64,000 nucleotides of DNA from Bradymonadia bacterium (GTDB lineage Bacteria > Myxococcota_A > Bradymonadia > UBA7976 > UBA1532). Positions 1 through 9,506 of the stretch are shown here, one piece after another (position 1 is the stretch's first letter; each line of letters begins with the position of its first letter). The position numbers were made by a program, and so were the translations under genes. The notes under the pieces were generated by a model that was not told the DNA's origin, searched no databases, and worked only from the letters and a program-made list of their open reading frames with translations. Where the stretch lies: positions 386,979 through 450,978 of the forward strand of contig JBKAGE010000036.1 in NCBI GenBank assembly GCA_046290225.1. The letters run 5' to 3'.

Positions 1-1
1 G

Positions 2-463
2 CTGTGGGGGCGACTTCAGCGTGGTGGCCAGCATCGTTGGTGGGGGCCCCTGCTCGCAGCCGGTGTCACCCTCGCCGGGGTGAGCGCGGGCCTCAACGCA
101 GGTCGGCCCGCCCCCCCGGCGCCAGAGCTCTGGTCCCCCTGGTCTCACGAGGCCGTGGCCACCACACGGGCGGAGGGCAGACCCGTCTTCGTGAACTTCA
201 CCGCAGACTGGTGCATCAGCTGCAAAGTCAACGAGTCGGTGGTCTTCGAAGACGCCGACGTAAAGGCTGCCTTCGCCGAAGCCGGTGTCGTGGCCCTCAA
301 GGCCGACTGGACCCGCAAAGACGACGTCATCGCCGCCGCCCTCGCTCGACATGGCCGTGAAGGCGTGCCGCTTTATCTCTACTATGCCCCCGGCGCCTCG
401 ACGCCGGAGGTGCTGCCCCAGATCCTGACCCCGGGGCAGATCCTGAAACACGTTCGACCCTGA
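2..463 (+). CDS. dsbD: 3' part of DsbD-like thiol:disulfide interchange protein (last TM segment + C-terminal thioredoxin domain); truncated by window start
   Basis: Frame open from base 2; hydrophobic segment then GRPVFVNFTADWCISCKVNE (CxxC), ADWT, GVPLY typical of DsbD gamma domain. Confidence 0.8.
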   Translation: MWGRLQRGGQHRWWGPLLAAGVTLAGVSAGLNAGRPAPPAPELWSPWSHEAVATTRAEGRPVFVNFTADWCISCKVNESVVFEDADVKAAFAEAGVVALKADWTRKDDVIAAALARHGREGVPLYLYYAPGASTPEVLPQILTPGQILKHVRP

Positions 464-485
464 ACCCCTCTCGAAAGGACGCTTC

Positions 486-1109
486 ATGTCCATCACACGC
501 AGCTTTCGCACCCTCGCACTGGCAGCCCTCGCCCTGACAGCGCTCACCGTCAGCGCCGAGGCCGTGGAGGTGGGCAAGGCCGCCCCGGCCTTCAGCGCCA
601 CCGACCACGCCGGCACCACCCACACGCAGGAGACCCACAAGGGCAAGTACGTGGTGGTAGAGTGGCTCAACCACGGCTGCCCCTACGTGCGAAAGCACTA
701 CGACAGCAAGAACATGCAGGCCCTGCAGGCAAAGTGGACCGCCAAGGGTGTGGTCTGGCTCTCGGTGATCTCCTCGGCTCCGGGGAAGCAAGGCCACAGC
801 GACGCCGCCAAGGCCAAGAGCGACTACGACGCCAAGGAGGCCAAGGCCACGGCAGTCCTGCTCGACCCCGAGGGCAAGATGGGGAAGGCCTACGGCGCCC
901 GGACCACCCCGCAGATGGTCATCATCGACCCGCAAGGCAAAGTCATCTACAGTGGTGGGATCGACAGCACGGCTTCTGCTGACCCCGCTGACATCGCTCA
1001 GTCGACCAACTACGTCGACCAGGCGCTCACCGAGGCCATGGCCGGCAAGGCGGTTTCCATGCCGAAGACCCAGCCGTATGGGTGCTCGGTCAAGTACGCG
1101 GCCCAATGA
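486..1109 (+). CDS. Secreted redoxin (AhpC/TSA, thioredoxin fold)
   Basis: Signal peptide, APAFSATD, VVVEWLNHGCPYV, YGARTTP, C-terminal GCSVKY; SD AAGGA upstream; follows dsbD. Confidence 0.85.
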   Translation: MSITRSFRTLALAALALTALTVSAEAVEVGKAAPAFSATDHAGTTHTQETHKGKYVVVEWLNHGCPYVRKHYDSKNMQALQAKWTAKGVVWLSVISSAPGKQGHSDAAKAKSDYDAKEAKATAVLLDPEGKMGKAYGARTTPQMVIIDPQGKVIYSGGIDSTASADPADIAQSTNYVDQALTEAMAGKAVSMPKTQPYGCSVKYAAQ

Positions 1110-1164
1110 GGTCCCCTGCCCCTCGACACGCTGAGGCAGGCACAATCAAGCAAGGGAGACGGCG

Positions 1165-2268
1165 GTGAAGGCCCCTGGACGCAATGAGCTCTGCCCCTGT
1201 GGCAGCGGCAAGAAGTACAAGCACTGTCACGGGCGGACCCCGGAGCTGGTGGCAGAGCTGGCGGCGATGCTCGAGGGTGGCGCCAAGACCGCGAGCGCGG
1301 GTGCACTCCCCGGGCTGCCCCAGAAGAAGGCCCCTACGGTCCTTCCCGGGCGCCTGAGCCCACCGAGAGAGGTGCCACCAGAGATTCCTCGGCCCGAGTA
1401 CGCCGAGTCGGGCACACCGACACGCTCGCCCCGCCGCACTCACGTGAAGAACGCCGACGAAATCGCCCGGATGCGAGCGGCGGGGGCCGTGGCCCGAGAG
1501 GTGCTCGACATCGTGCTCGCCGCGGTGAAGCCCGGCATCACCACCGACGCCCTCGACGCCATCGCCCACGCTGAGACGATCAAGCGAGGGGCCTACCCCA
1601 GTCCCCTCAACTATCACGGGTTCCCCCGCTCGCTGTGCACCTCGGTGAACGAGGTCATCTGCCACGGCATCCCTGACGATCGCGTGCTCAAAGAAGGCGA
1701 GATCATCAACTGTGATGTGACGGTCTACTACCAGGGCATGCACGGTGACTGCTCCGAGACGGCTTTCGTCGGCCGCCCCGATCCGGTGACCCGCAAACTG
1801 GTGGAGGTCACCTACGACTGCATGATGCTGGGCATCGGCGCCGTGAAGCCCGGGGTGCGCATCAACGCCATCGGCAAGGCGATTCAGCAGCACGCCCACA
1901 AGCACGACTTCACCGTGGTCCGCGACTTCAGCGGCCACGGCATCGGGGAGCGGTTCCATATGCCCCCCAACGTGCTCCACTACTACGATCGCATGGCCCG
2001 AACCCGCATCGAAGCGGGCATGACCTTCACGGTAGAACCCATGATCAACGTCGGTCGCCCCGACTGTCGTGTCTGGGCCTCCGACGGCTGGACCGCCGTG
2101 ACCATCGATCTCGAGCGCAGCGCCCAGTTCGAGCACACCCTGCTCGTGACCCGCGACGGCACCGAGCTGCTCACCGGCGGCGGCACCCCATGGTTCAAGC
2201 GGCAGCTCGAGGCCTTCGACGCAGAATCTGCTTCAGGGCAGAGCGGCGCGAGTTCCTCACCCGCCTAA
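1165..2268 (+). CDS. map: Type I methionine aminopeptidase with N-terminal SEC-C zinc-binding motif
   Basis: GRNELCPCGSGKKYKHCHG; CTSVNEVICHGIP, DVTV, HGDCSET, GHGIG, TVEPM, SAQFEHT. Confidence 0.93.
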   Translation: MKAPGRNELCPCGSGKKYKHCHGRTPELVAELAAMLEGGAKTASAGALPGLPQKKAPTVLPGRLSPPREVPPEIPRPEYAESGTPTRSPRRTHVKNADEIARMRAAGAVAREVLDIVLAAVKPGITTDALDAIAHAETIKRGAYPSPLNYHGFPRSLCTSVNEVICHGIPDDRVLKEGEIINCDVTVYYQGMHGDCSETAFVGRPDPVTRKLVEVTYDCMMLGIGAVKPGVRINAIGKAIQQHAHKHDFTVVRDFSGHGIGERFHMPPNVLHYYDRMARTRIEAGMTFTVEPMINVGRPDCRVWASDGWTAVTIDLERSAQFEHTLLVTRDGTELLTGGGTPWFKRQLEAFDAESASGQSGASSSPA

Positions 2269-2451
2269 ACACTCTGAACCCCAGCAGAAATCTCCCACCC
2301 AGCCCCCCCTGAGCAGAAAAAATCCTCGGCGACGCCTTCCCAAGGCAGGTGTCCTCTGGTTAGTTATCACGCCCTGAACTGCGGTGGTCCCTGCTCCGCT
2401 GAGCCAGAGGGTGCCCCGGTCTCACACCGAGGACCTTCGAGGAGAAGAACA

Positions 2452-5259
2452 ATCAGCAAGCCACTCGTCATTGTGGAGTCTCCGGCCAAGGCCAAGACCA
2501 TCGGTAAGTACCTCGGTGACGGTTTCCACGTGGAAGCCTCCGTGGGTCACGTCCGTGATCTCCCCGAGACCGCTCGGGACATCCCCGAGTCCGTCAAGAA
2601 GGAGAAGTGGGCCCGGACCGGCGTCAACGTCGAGAAGGACTTCGACCCGCTCTATGTGCTCACGACCCGAGGTCGGGAGACCATCAAGAAGCTCAAGCCG
2701 CTGGTGAAGCAGGCCCCTGAGATCTACCTCGCCACCGATGAAGATCGCGAAGGTGAGGCCATCGCCTGGCATCTGTTCGAGGTGCTCAAGCCCAAGGTGC
2801 CCGTGAAGCGGATGGTGTTCCACGAGATCACCCCCCGGGCCATCAAGGCTGCCATGGCAGCCCCCCGCACCCTGGATATGCAACTCGTACGGGCCCAGGA
2901 GACGCGGCGCATCATCGACCGCCTCTTCGGATACAACGTGTCGCCCGTGCTCTGGCGCAAGGTGCGGCCCAAGCTCTCCGCGGGTCGGGTGCAGTCTGTC
3001 GCTGTGCGCCTCATCGTGGCCCGGGAGCGGGCCCGGCTGAAGTTCGTCGCCGCCAGCTGGTGGGATCTCGACGCGAAGTTCACCACGGACAAGGGCCCCT
3101 ACCAGGGCACGCTCACCGAGCTCGGTGGCCAGCGCCTCGCTCAGGGCCGGGACTTCGACCCGGACACAGGCAAGCTCAAGAGCAGCGGCGACAACGCCCC
3201 CTTGATCCTCGACGAGGCCACGGCCACAGCCATCGCCAAGGCCCTCGAAGGTGTCACGGGCGCCGTGAGCGAGGTCACCCGCACCCCCTTCAAGGAGCGG
3301 CCCTCGCCCCCCTTCACCACCTCGACGCTTCAACAAGAGGCCAACCGCAAGCTGCGGTGGTCGGCGCGGCGCACCATGAATGCCGCGCAGAGGCTGTACG
3401 AGAACGGGTGGATCACCTACATGCGTACGGACTCCACCCACTTGTCTCCCGAGGCCATCAACCTGGCCCGGAACACGATCACCAGTCGGTACGGCGCGCA
3501 GTTCCTGCCGCCGTCTCCGCGGTACTACAAGACCTCGGCCAAGGGTGCTCAGGAAGCACACGAGGCGATCCGCCCTGCAGGGGACACCATCAAGGATCCG
3601 AGTGCATGTGCTCGGGATCTCGGCGATGACGAGGCCCGGCTCTACAGCCTCATCGTCAAGCGCACGCTCGCCTGCCAGATGGCCGACGCCACCGGGGTGC
3701 GCATGACCCTCGACACCGAGGTGCCCACCCCCACCCACGGCGCGGCGCGGTTCCGCGCCACGGGCAAGAGCTACACCTTCCAGGGCTTCCGTCGGGCGTA
3801 CATCGAGGGCAACGACGACGGCGCAGAGGGTGGCGAAGTCGACAGCAAGGGCGCCAGCAACGAGCGCCTGCTCCCCGACCTGAACGAGGGTGATGCCTCG
3901 ACGGTGAGCAGCTCCGACGCCAAGGGTCACACCACTCAGCCCCCTTCCCGGCTCACCGACGCCTCTCTCGTGAAGGAGCTGGAGTCCCGGGGCATTGGCC
4001 GGCCGAGTACCTACGCCTCGATCATCGAGACCATCGAGCGACGCAAGTACGTCTTCAAGCGCGGCACCGCCCTGATCCCCACCTGGACGGCCTTCGCGGT
4101 GACCAATCTGCTCGAGCAGCACTTCGATCACCTCGTGAACTACCAGTTCACTGCGCAGCTTGAGAGCGGCCTCGACAACATCGCCGAGGGCGAGCGCGAT
4201 CCAGTGGCGTACATGCGGGCCTTCTACGAGGGTGCCGGCGGTGAGGCCGCAGATCATAGCCGCGTAGGTCTCGTCGCTCTCATCGACAAGGCCCAGGAGG
4301 AGGCAGATCCTCGGGCGATTTGTTCGATCCCCATCGGCAACGTCGAAGGGGTAGACATCGTGGCCCGTGTGGGCCGCTACGGGCCCTTCATCGAGCACAA
4401 TGGGGTCACCGTCTCGCTCCCTGACGATCTCGCCCCAGATGAGCTGACCATGGGCAAGGCCCAGGAGCTCATCCAGGCCGCCGCTGAGGGGCCGAGGGTG
4501 CTGGGTCAGGATCCGGCGACGGGCCTCAACGTCACCGTACAGATCGGTCGATTCGGCCACTATGTACAGCTCGGTGAGACCGAAGAAGGCAAGAAGACCA
4601 AGCCCAAGCGGGAGAGTCTGCTCAAGGGCATGGACCCCGCCACCATCGATCTCGAGACCGCGCTCAAGCTGCTGTCGCTCCCCCGAGAGCTGGGCAACGA
4701 CAAAGAGGGCAACCCCATCCACGCCCTCAACGGCCGCTACGGGGCCTACATCAAAGCCGGCAAGGAGTCCCGCAGCCTGCCTGACGGCGTCACCCCTCTC
4801 GACGTGACGTTGGAGCAGGCCCTCGAGCTGCTGGCCAAGCCCTCCGGGCGCCGGGCCGCAGCGGCGGTGCTGGCCGAGCTGGGTCAGGATCCAGAGGGCG
4901 CAGCCATCGTGGTGAAGAGCGGTCGCTATGGCCCCTATGTCACCGACGGCACGGTGAACGCCACGTTGCCCAAGGGCACTGATCCCGCAGCACTGTCCCT
5001 CGCGGACGCCCTGGCCCTCATCGAGAAGAAGCGCGCCTCGGCACCGGCCAAAAAGGGTCGCAGGAAGACTGCAGCGAAGAAGCCCGCCGCAAAGAAAGCA
5101 CCCGCCAAGAAGCCCGCAGCCAAGAAGACGACTGCGAAGAAGACGACCGTGAAGAAGCCTGCAGCCAAGAAGACGGCGGCCAAAAAGCCTGCAGCGAAGA
5201 AGCCCGCTGCGAAGAAAGCACCCGCCAAGAAGCCCGCAGCCCCCGACGACGCTTCCTGA
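2452..5259 (+). CDS. topA: DNA topoisomerase I with C-terminal repeats and Lys/Ala-rich tail; probable ATC start at 2452 (ORF track start 2473)
   Basis: SKPLVIVESPAKAKTI, ATDEDREGE, SAGRVQS, catalytic ITYMRTDS, AQEAHEAIRP, GIGRPSTY, four GR(Y/F)G repeats. Confidence 0.96.
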   Translation: MSKPLVIVESPAKAKTIGKYLGDGFHVEASVGHVRDLPETARDIPESVKKEKWARTGVNVEKDFDPLYVLTTRGRETIKKLKPLVKQAPEIYLATDEDREGEAIAWHLFEVLKPKVPVKRMVFHEITPRAIKAAMAAPRTLDMQLVRAQETRRIIDRLFGYNVSPVLWRKVRPKLSAGRVQSVAVRLIVARERARLKFVAASWWDLDAKFTTDKGPYQGTLTELGGQRLAQGRDFDPDTGKLKSSGDNAPLILDEATATAIAKALEGVTGAVSEVTRTPFKERPSPPFTTSTLQQEANRKLRWSARRTMNAAQRLYENGWITYMRTDSTHLSPEAINLARNTITSRYGAQFLPPSPRYYKTSAKGAQEAHEAIRPAGDTIKDPSACARDLGDDEARLYSLIVKRTLACQMADATGVRMTLDTEVPTPTHGAARFRATGKSYTFQGFRRAYIEGNDDGAEGGEVDSKGASNERLLPDLNEGDASTVSSSDAKGHTTQPPSRLTDASLVKELESRGIGRPSTYASIIETIERRKYVFKRGTALIPTWTAFAVTNLLEQHFDHLVNYQFTAQLESGLDNIAEGERDPVAYMRAFYEGAGGEAADHSRVGLVALIDKAQEEADPRAICSIPIGNVEGVDIVARVGRYGPFIEHNGVTVSLPDDLAPDELTMGKAQELIQAAAEGPRVLGQDPATGLNVTVQIGRFGHYVQLGETEEGKKTKPKRESLLKGMDPATIDLETALKLLSLPRELGNDKEGNPIHALNGRYGAYIKAGKESRSLPDGVTPLDVTLEQALELLAKPSGRRAAAAVLAELGQDPEGAAIVVKSGRYGPYVTDGTVNATLPKGTDPAALSLADALALIEKKRASAPAKKGRRKTAAKKPAAKKAPAKKPAAKKTTAKKTTVKKPAAKKTAAKKPAAKKPAAKKAPAKKPAAPDDAS
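5050..5240 (+). repeat. Imperfect tandem repeats encoding KK(P/T/A)(A/T/P)(A/V) units (histone H1-like tail of TopA)
   Basis: Recurrent aagaagcccgc/aagaagacg units of about 15 nt. Confidence 0.85.
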
Positions 5260-5277
5260 GCCGGACGTGGCCCCACG

Positions 5278-6792
5278 TCAGGGGCCGTCTACAGCCTTCT
5301 CACCTGCATCAGGGGCCATGTCTGGCACCACCGGAGCTTCGAGCTCGACAGGCTCGGGCTTCGGTGCCAGCAACCTCAGCTCCGCCGCACCCCCAGCAAC
5401 CCCTCGACTGTTCACAGCCATGACCTGGACCGTGACATCCTGCCCTTCCGGGAGGTCGAGCGTGTAAGCAGGCTCGGGGCCTTCTTGCGCCACAGTGCCG
5501 TTCACCCTGATCTCGAAATGATCAAAGTTCGGCGTGAACGTGCCCAAGATCAGCTTCAATTGTCCCTTCGAGGTGCTCTCGAAGGCCATCGTCACGCTGT
5601 TCACCGCCCAGTACATATCCGCGAGGCGGTCCGTGGCCACGACATCATTGAGCCGGGACCATTTCCCGGTCCCGTCGGTGGGCAGCGTCAGGGCGAGGCC
5701 TCGGCCAGGGTGGCCCATGGGGTACGTGTGGCTCAGGAAATCGCTGCGCATGGGGATGGCATAGGAGAAGTATTGCTCGATCCCCCGCTTGGTGGGGCTG
5801 CCGATGGCCCAGCGGTGTTTGATCTCGTCGGTGGCCCCAGGACCCCAGCGCATCACCACCTGATCCACGGGCTCCAGATGCGCCCGGGTGAAGTCGAAGA
5901 ACGTACGATGCTCGAGGTGGTAGGGCGCGTTGTGGGTACGGGTGTCTTCTTGATGCGTAGCCCAGAGGTGCTGGTCGTACGCCCACTTCACCTGACGGGC
6001 GAGCCAGGCCACCTCGTAGGTGCTCAGTGGCTGGCCGTTCACGGTGTAGATCATGTTGTAGTCAGTATCGACGAGGATCCACTTCTGGAAAGTCGGCGAC
6101 CACACCTCAGCCACCCCATGGGTGGGCTGCTCACCAGATGAAGAGACTGCGATGAGCCGTGCCTGATGGCCCAGGGCCAGAGCGGACTGCACGAAGAGCA
6201 GGGAGTACGTGTGACAATAGAGCGTACCCCCGGCATCGACCATGTCGAGCAGCTCGAGAGCACCCTCTGCAGGGGAAGCATCAGGAAAGGCCTCAGTATG
6301 ACCCGCGAGGCCACGAATCAACCCGCTGAGCCGCAGGAAGTAGTCGAGCTCGTGCTCACCCGCTGCAGGCCGTTGCCCGATGCGCTCGGAGAGCTTGAGG
6401 CGAGCGTCGAGATCTCTAAGGCCCTCCTCGGCGAGGTCTTGATACAAAAACGGGTACCGGCTCACTTGCCGCGGCCCCTGCCGAAGGCTGGCGATCTGGT
6501 GGGGACTGCCAGCAGCCTCAAGCGCCTGCTTCAGCGTGTCGACGTCGACACGTTCGATGGCACCTTCTGGCAAGGGCGGTCCAAAGGCCTTCGGGCCATC
6601 GCTGCTCACCGCCCATTCCATCACCGGACCGAGCAGTGTGCGGGCCGCGCGCCGTAAAGCACCAGGCTCGTGCTGGTTGAAGGTGTTGAGCAGGATCAGG
6701 AGCGCTGTGGTGCTCCCGAGGGCCGTCAGTGAGACGAGAAGAACGAGCAGCTTCCGCAGGCGGGATCTACGGGGAGAGGCAAGTGTGGTCAT
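5278..6792 (-). CDS. Membrane-anchored transglutaminase-like protein
   Basis: N-terminal TM; Cys-His-Asp order LYCHTYSLLF, THGVAEVW, WILVDTD. Confidence 0.6.
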   Translation of the reverse strand: MTTLASPRRSRLRKLLVLLVSLTALGSTTALLILLNTFNQHEPGALRRAARTLLGPVMEWAVSSDGPKAFGPPLPEGAIERVDVDTLKQALEAAGSPHQIASLRQGPRQVSRYPFLYQDLAEEGLRDLDARLKLSERIGQRPAAGEHELDYFLRLSGLIRGLAGHTEAFPDASPAEGALELLDMVDAGGTLYCHTYSLLFVQSALALGHQARLIAVSSSGEQPTHGVAEVWSPTFQKWILVDTDYNMIYTVNGQPLSTYEVAWLARQVKWAYDQHLWATHQEDTRTHNAPYHLEHRTFFDFTRAHLEPVDQVVMRWGPGATDEIKHRWAIGSPTKRGIEQYFSYAIPMRSDFLSHTYPMGHPGRGLALTLPTDGTGKWSRLNDVVATDRLADMYWAVNSVTMAFESTSKGQLKLILGTFTPNFDHFEIRVNGTVAQEGPEPAYTLDLPEGQDVTVQVMAVNSRGVAGGAAELRLLAPKPEPVELEAPVVPDMAPDAGEKAVDGP

Positions 6793-8879
6793 ATGTGTTC
6801 ACAAACATAATCCAGACACACCTTGTACCACATCTTGATGTTCGCAGGCCGGTTTATCCAGTGCCCCTCGTCAGGGAAGATCATCAGCTCTGAGGGCACG
6901 CCTCGCCGCTGCAACGCTTCGAAGAGCATGATGCTCTCGCCGATGGGCACTCGATAGTCTTTCTCCCCGTGGGTGATCAGCGTCGGCGTCTTCCAGTGTT
7001 CGATGGCGGTGTGAGGCGAATATGAGACCTCTGGACGCGCGCCGTCGGGCGCGCCGCCAATCTGCAAGGCGAACCAGCCCGGCTCGTCGGTCATGCCGCC
7101 AAATGCGCTGAAGCGATAGATGCCTGCATGGCTCACGAGGCAGCAGAACCGATCGGTGTGACCTCCGATCCAGTTGGCCATGTACCCGCCGAAGGATCCG
7201 CCGAGCACGGCGATCTTCTGGGGATCAACACCCTCGAGCGCCTCGGTGTGATCGGCCACGGCCATGACATCGGTGTAGCACGCCTCACCCCACGCATTGT
7301 GCCAGATGTCTTCGATGAAAGTCTGACCGTAACCCGTGGAGCCTCGGGGATTGGGCAACACCACAGTGCAGCCCGTGTGCAACGCGCCGATCAGCGCGTT
7401 CCACCGCCAGTGCCAGCCGTCGGCGTGGTGGGCGATGGGGCCCCCGTGAATCCAAATCATGGCGCCCCGACCCGTCTTGGGCACCTTGGGGCTGACCACC
7501 AGCATCTCCACGGGCGTTCCACCCGCCCCAGAAGCATGATGGCGGGCCACTGTGATCTCTTCACCGATCGAAGGGTCGAAACCGCTCATCCGCGCCAACA
7601 CCCGTGGGCTGCCACCAGCGACGCAGATGAAAGGCTCTGGTGGTTGGATCAACGTCGAACGCACCCCGACGAGGGTGAGCACGTCAGTGCCAGGCAACAG
7701 CTCGATGCTGGTATGGCTGCCCCCGTGCTCCGATGAGATCAACCGTTCCGGTGCCCCATGCACGGGGATCTTGAAGGCTGTCACGGTGGCCTCGACGTCG
7801 GCAGTGACCAGCACCCCGTCACCCTCTGGGCTCCAGCAGAGCAACTGAGGCCAGAGATCACAGGCCTCACCGAGGGGCACACCTTCTGAGTCGCTGCCAT
7901 CGCTGGCGTATCGCCACAGGGTGGGCTTGCCTACAGCGTCGATGTGACGCTCATGACGCACAGTGGCGATAGAGCGGCCGTCAGGGCTGAAACACACGCC
8001 TACATGATCGACACGCTCTGAGTGCCCGACAATGCGCCACTCACATTCTGGCAGCGTGGCCAGGGCGATCGTGCGATCGCGTACGCCATCGGCTCCCCTG
8101 CGGTTCACAGTCACCGCGATCCGGGTGCCGTCGCGGGAAAGATCGTAATCCGCCTCTCTCAACGCATCAGCAGGCCATGGGCCTTCGATGATCTGACGCT
8201 GCTCTCCTTCTCCGTCGCACACCACCAGCCGGCTCTCCGAAGCACCGAGCCAGTGATCCCAGAACCTCACTGTCATCTCGGTGTAGCGCAGTGCGCTGCT
8301 GCCGTGCTTCTGGCGTTCGCGCCATGTGGAATGCTGCTCACTCTCGGGCACACCAGGCAAATGGGGACACAACAACACCAGGTGCCCGCCACGGACGATG
8401 AAGCCCGACACCCCGAGGGGCTCGTGGGTCAACGGTCTGGGCTCTCCACCCTGGGCAGGCAACACCCACACTTGCTGTCGGGTGTCTTCTCCACTCTTGC
8501 CTTCTTTGAGATCGCGATTGCTGAGGAACAGCACTGCGCCATCAGCCCGAAAGCTGGGGCTGTGGTCACGGCTGCTGCCCCAGGTCAAGGGCACCGGGTC
8601 ACCACCATTGATCTCCACCCGCCAGAGGTCGTGGGTGTATTTCCCCTTCTCCTGATCGAGGGTACTTACTTCGCACACCAACCACTGGCCATCCGGGGCC
8701 ACTCGAGTCTTGCCGACTCGGGTGAGGGCGACGAAGTCGTCGATGGTGAATCTCGACTGCGGATCGCTCGCAGGTTCTACTGTCTTTCGATCTGCGGATG
8801 CCGCTTTTATGCCCACAATAAATCCGTAGAGTGAGAGATGTACATGCAGGTGCGCACTTGTGCCTCCTGGTGCTGGCAC
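6789..8879 (-). CDS. S9 family peptidase (dipeptidyl aminopeptidase/acylaminoacyl peptidase); start may be further downstream
   Basis: Propeller repeats (SPDG), IHGGP, NPRGSTGYG, GGSFGG, HGEKDYRVP, DEGH. Confidence 0.92.
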   Translation of the reverse strand: MPAPGGTSAHLHVHLSLYGFIVGIKAASADRKTVEPASDPQSRFTIDDFVALTRVGKTRVAPDGQWLVCEVSTLDQEKGKYTHDLWRVEINGGDPVPLTWGSSRDHSPSFRADGAVLFLSNRDLKEGKSGEDTRQQVWVLPAQGGEPRPLTHEPLGVSGFIVRGGHLVLLCPHLPGVPESEQHSTWRERQKHGSSALRYTEMTVRFWDHWLGASESRLVVCDGEGEQRQIIEGPWPADALREADYDLSRDGTRIAVTVNRRGADGVRDRTIALATLPECEWRIVGHSERVDHVGVCFSPDGRSIATVRHERHIDAVGKPTLWRYASDGSDSEGVPLGEACDLWPQLLCWSPEGDGVLVTADVEATVTAFKIPVHGAPERLISSEHGGSHTSIELLPGTDVLTLVGVRSTLIQPPEPFICVAGGSPRVLARMSGFDPSIGEEITVARHHASGAGGTPVEMLVVSPKVPKTGRGAMIWIHGGPIAHHADGWHWRWNALIGALHTGCTVVLPNPRGSTGYGQTFIEDIWHNAWGEACYTDVMAVADHTEALEGVDPQKIAVLGGSFGGYMANWIGGHTDRFCCLVSHAGIYRFSAFGGMTDEPGWFALQIGGAPDGARPEVSYSPHTAIEHWKTPTLITHGEKDYRVPIGESIMLFEALQRRGVPSELMIFPDEGHWINRPANIKMWYKVCLDYVCEHI

Positions 8880-8930
8880 GTTATGGACTTCGTCCTCAGG
8901 AGTCCACTTGTATTCGGGAAGGTGTCGACC

Positions 8931-9473
8931 ATGTTGAGAGGCCTCCTTCTGCTCTACCTCGGTCTCGGCGTACTGGGGTGTGATGATTTAGGCGAAGACG
9001 ACCCTCTTGCCGGGGGTGATCCGTGTATGGCCCGCGAGATGGTGGCCTGCGGCAACACCGAAGGTGAGATCAATGTGTCCCAGGGACAGCCCCTCGCAGG
9101 CTTTGTCGGCCGCCAGCCCTGGTTCTGGGTGCAAGGCCATGTGCAGTTGCTCGATACCGAAGACGATCCGGCGTTCATCGCCTATCTCTTCGACACGGAG
9201 TATGTTCCGTGTAACAACGACTTCCCCATGGGGGTGAGTCACATCCTTGCAGATCTGCCCCTGTCGACCGGGTCATATACACTCTCTGGTCAGCGAAACC
9301 TCACCTTCGTCACCTATGATGCCGAAGGTCAGCTGACAGGCAATGTCATGGCGCTGAGCGGCGATCTGATCATCGAGGAGATCACCTCGGAGCAGGTCAC
9401 GGGAGCGCTCTACAGTCGCGCGAGCGATGGTCACGAGCTCAACGGCCGCTTCTCTCTGACGGTGTGCCCCTGA
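8931..9473 (+). CDS. Hypothetical lipoprotein
   Basis: MLRGLLLLYLGLGVLGC lipobox; ATG 8931 avoids overlap with the divergent peptidase. Confidence 0.65.
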   Translation: MLRGLLLLYLGLGVLGCDDLGEDDPLAGGDPCMAREMVACGNTEGEINVSQGQPLAGFVGRQPWFWVQGHVQLLDTEDDPAFIAYLFDTEYVPCNNDFPMGVSHILADLPLSTGSYTLSGQRNLTFVTYDAEGQLTGNVMALSGDLIIEEITSEQVTGALYSRASDGHELNGRFSLTVCP

Positions 9474-9506
9474 TCGGGGCAGGATGAAGGCTGGGAATCA
9501 CTTGGA

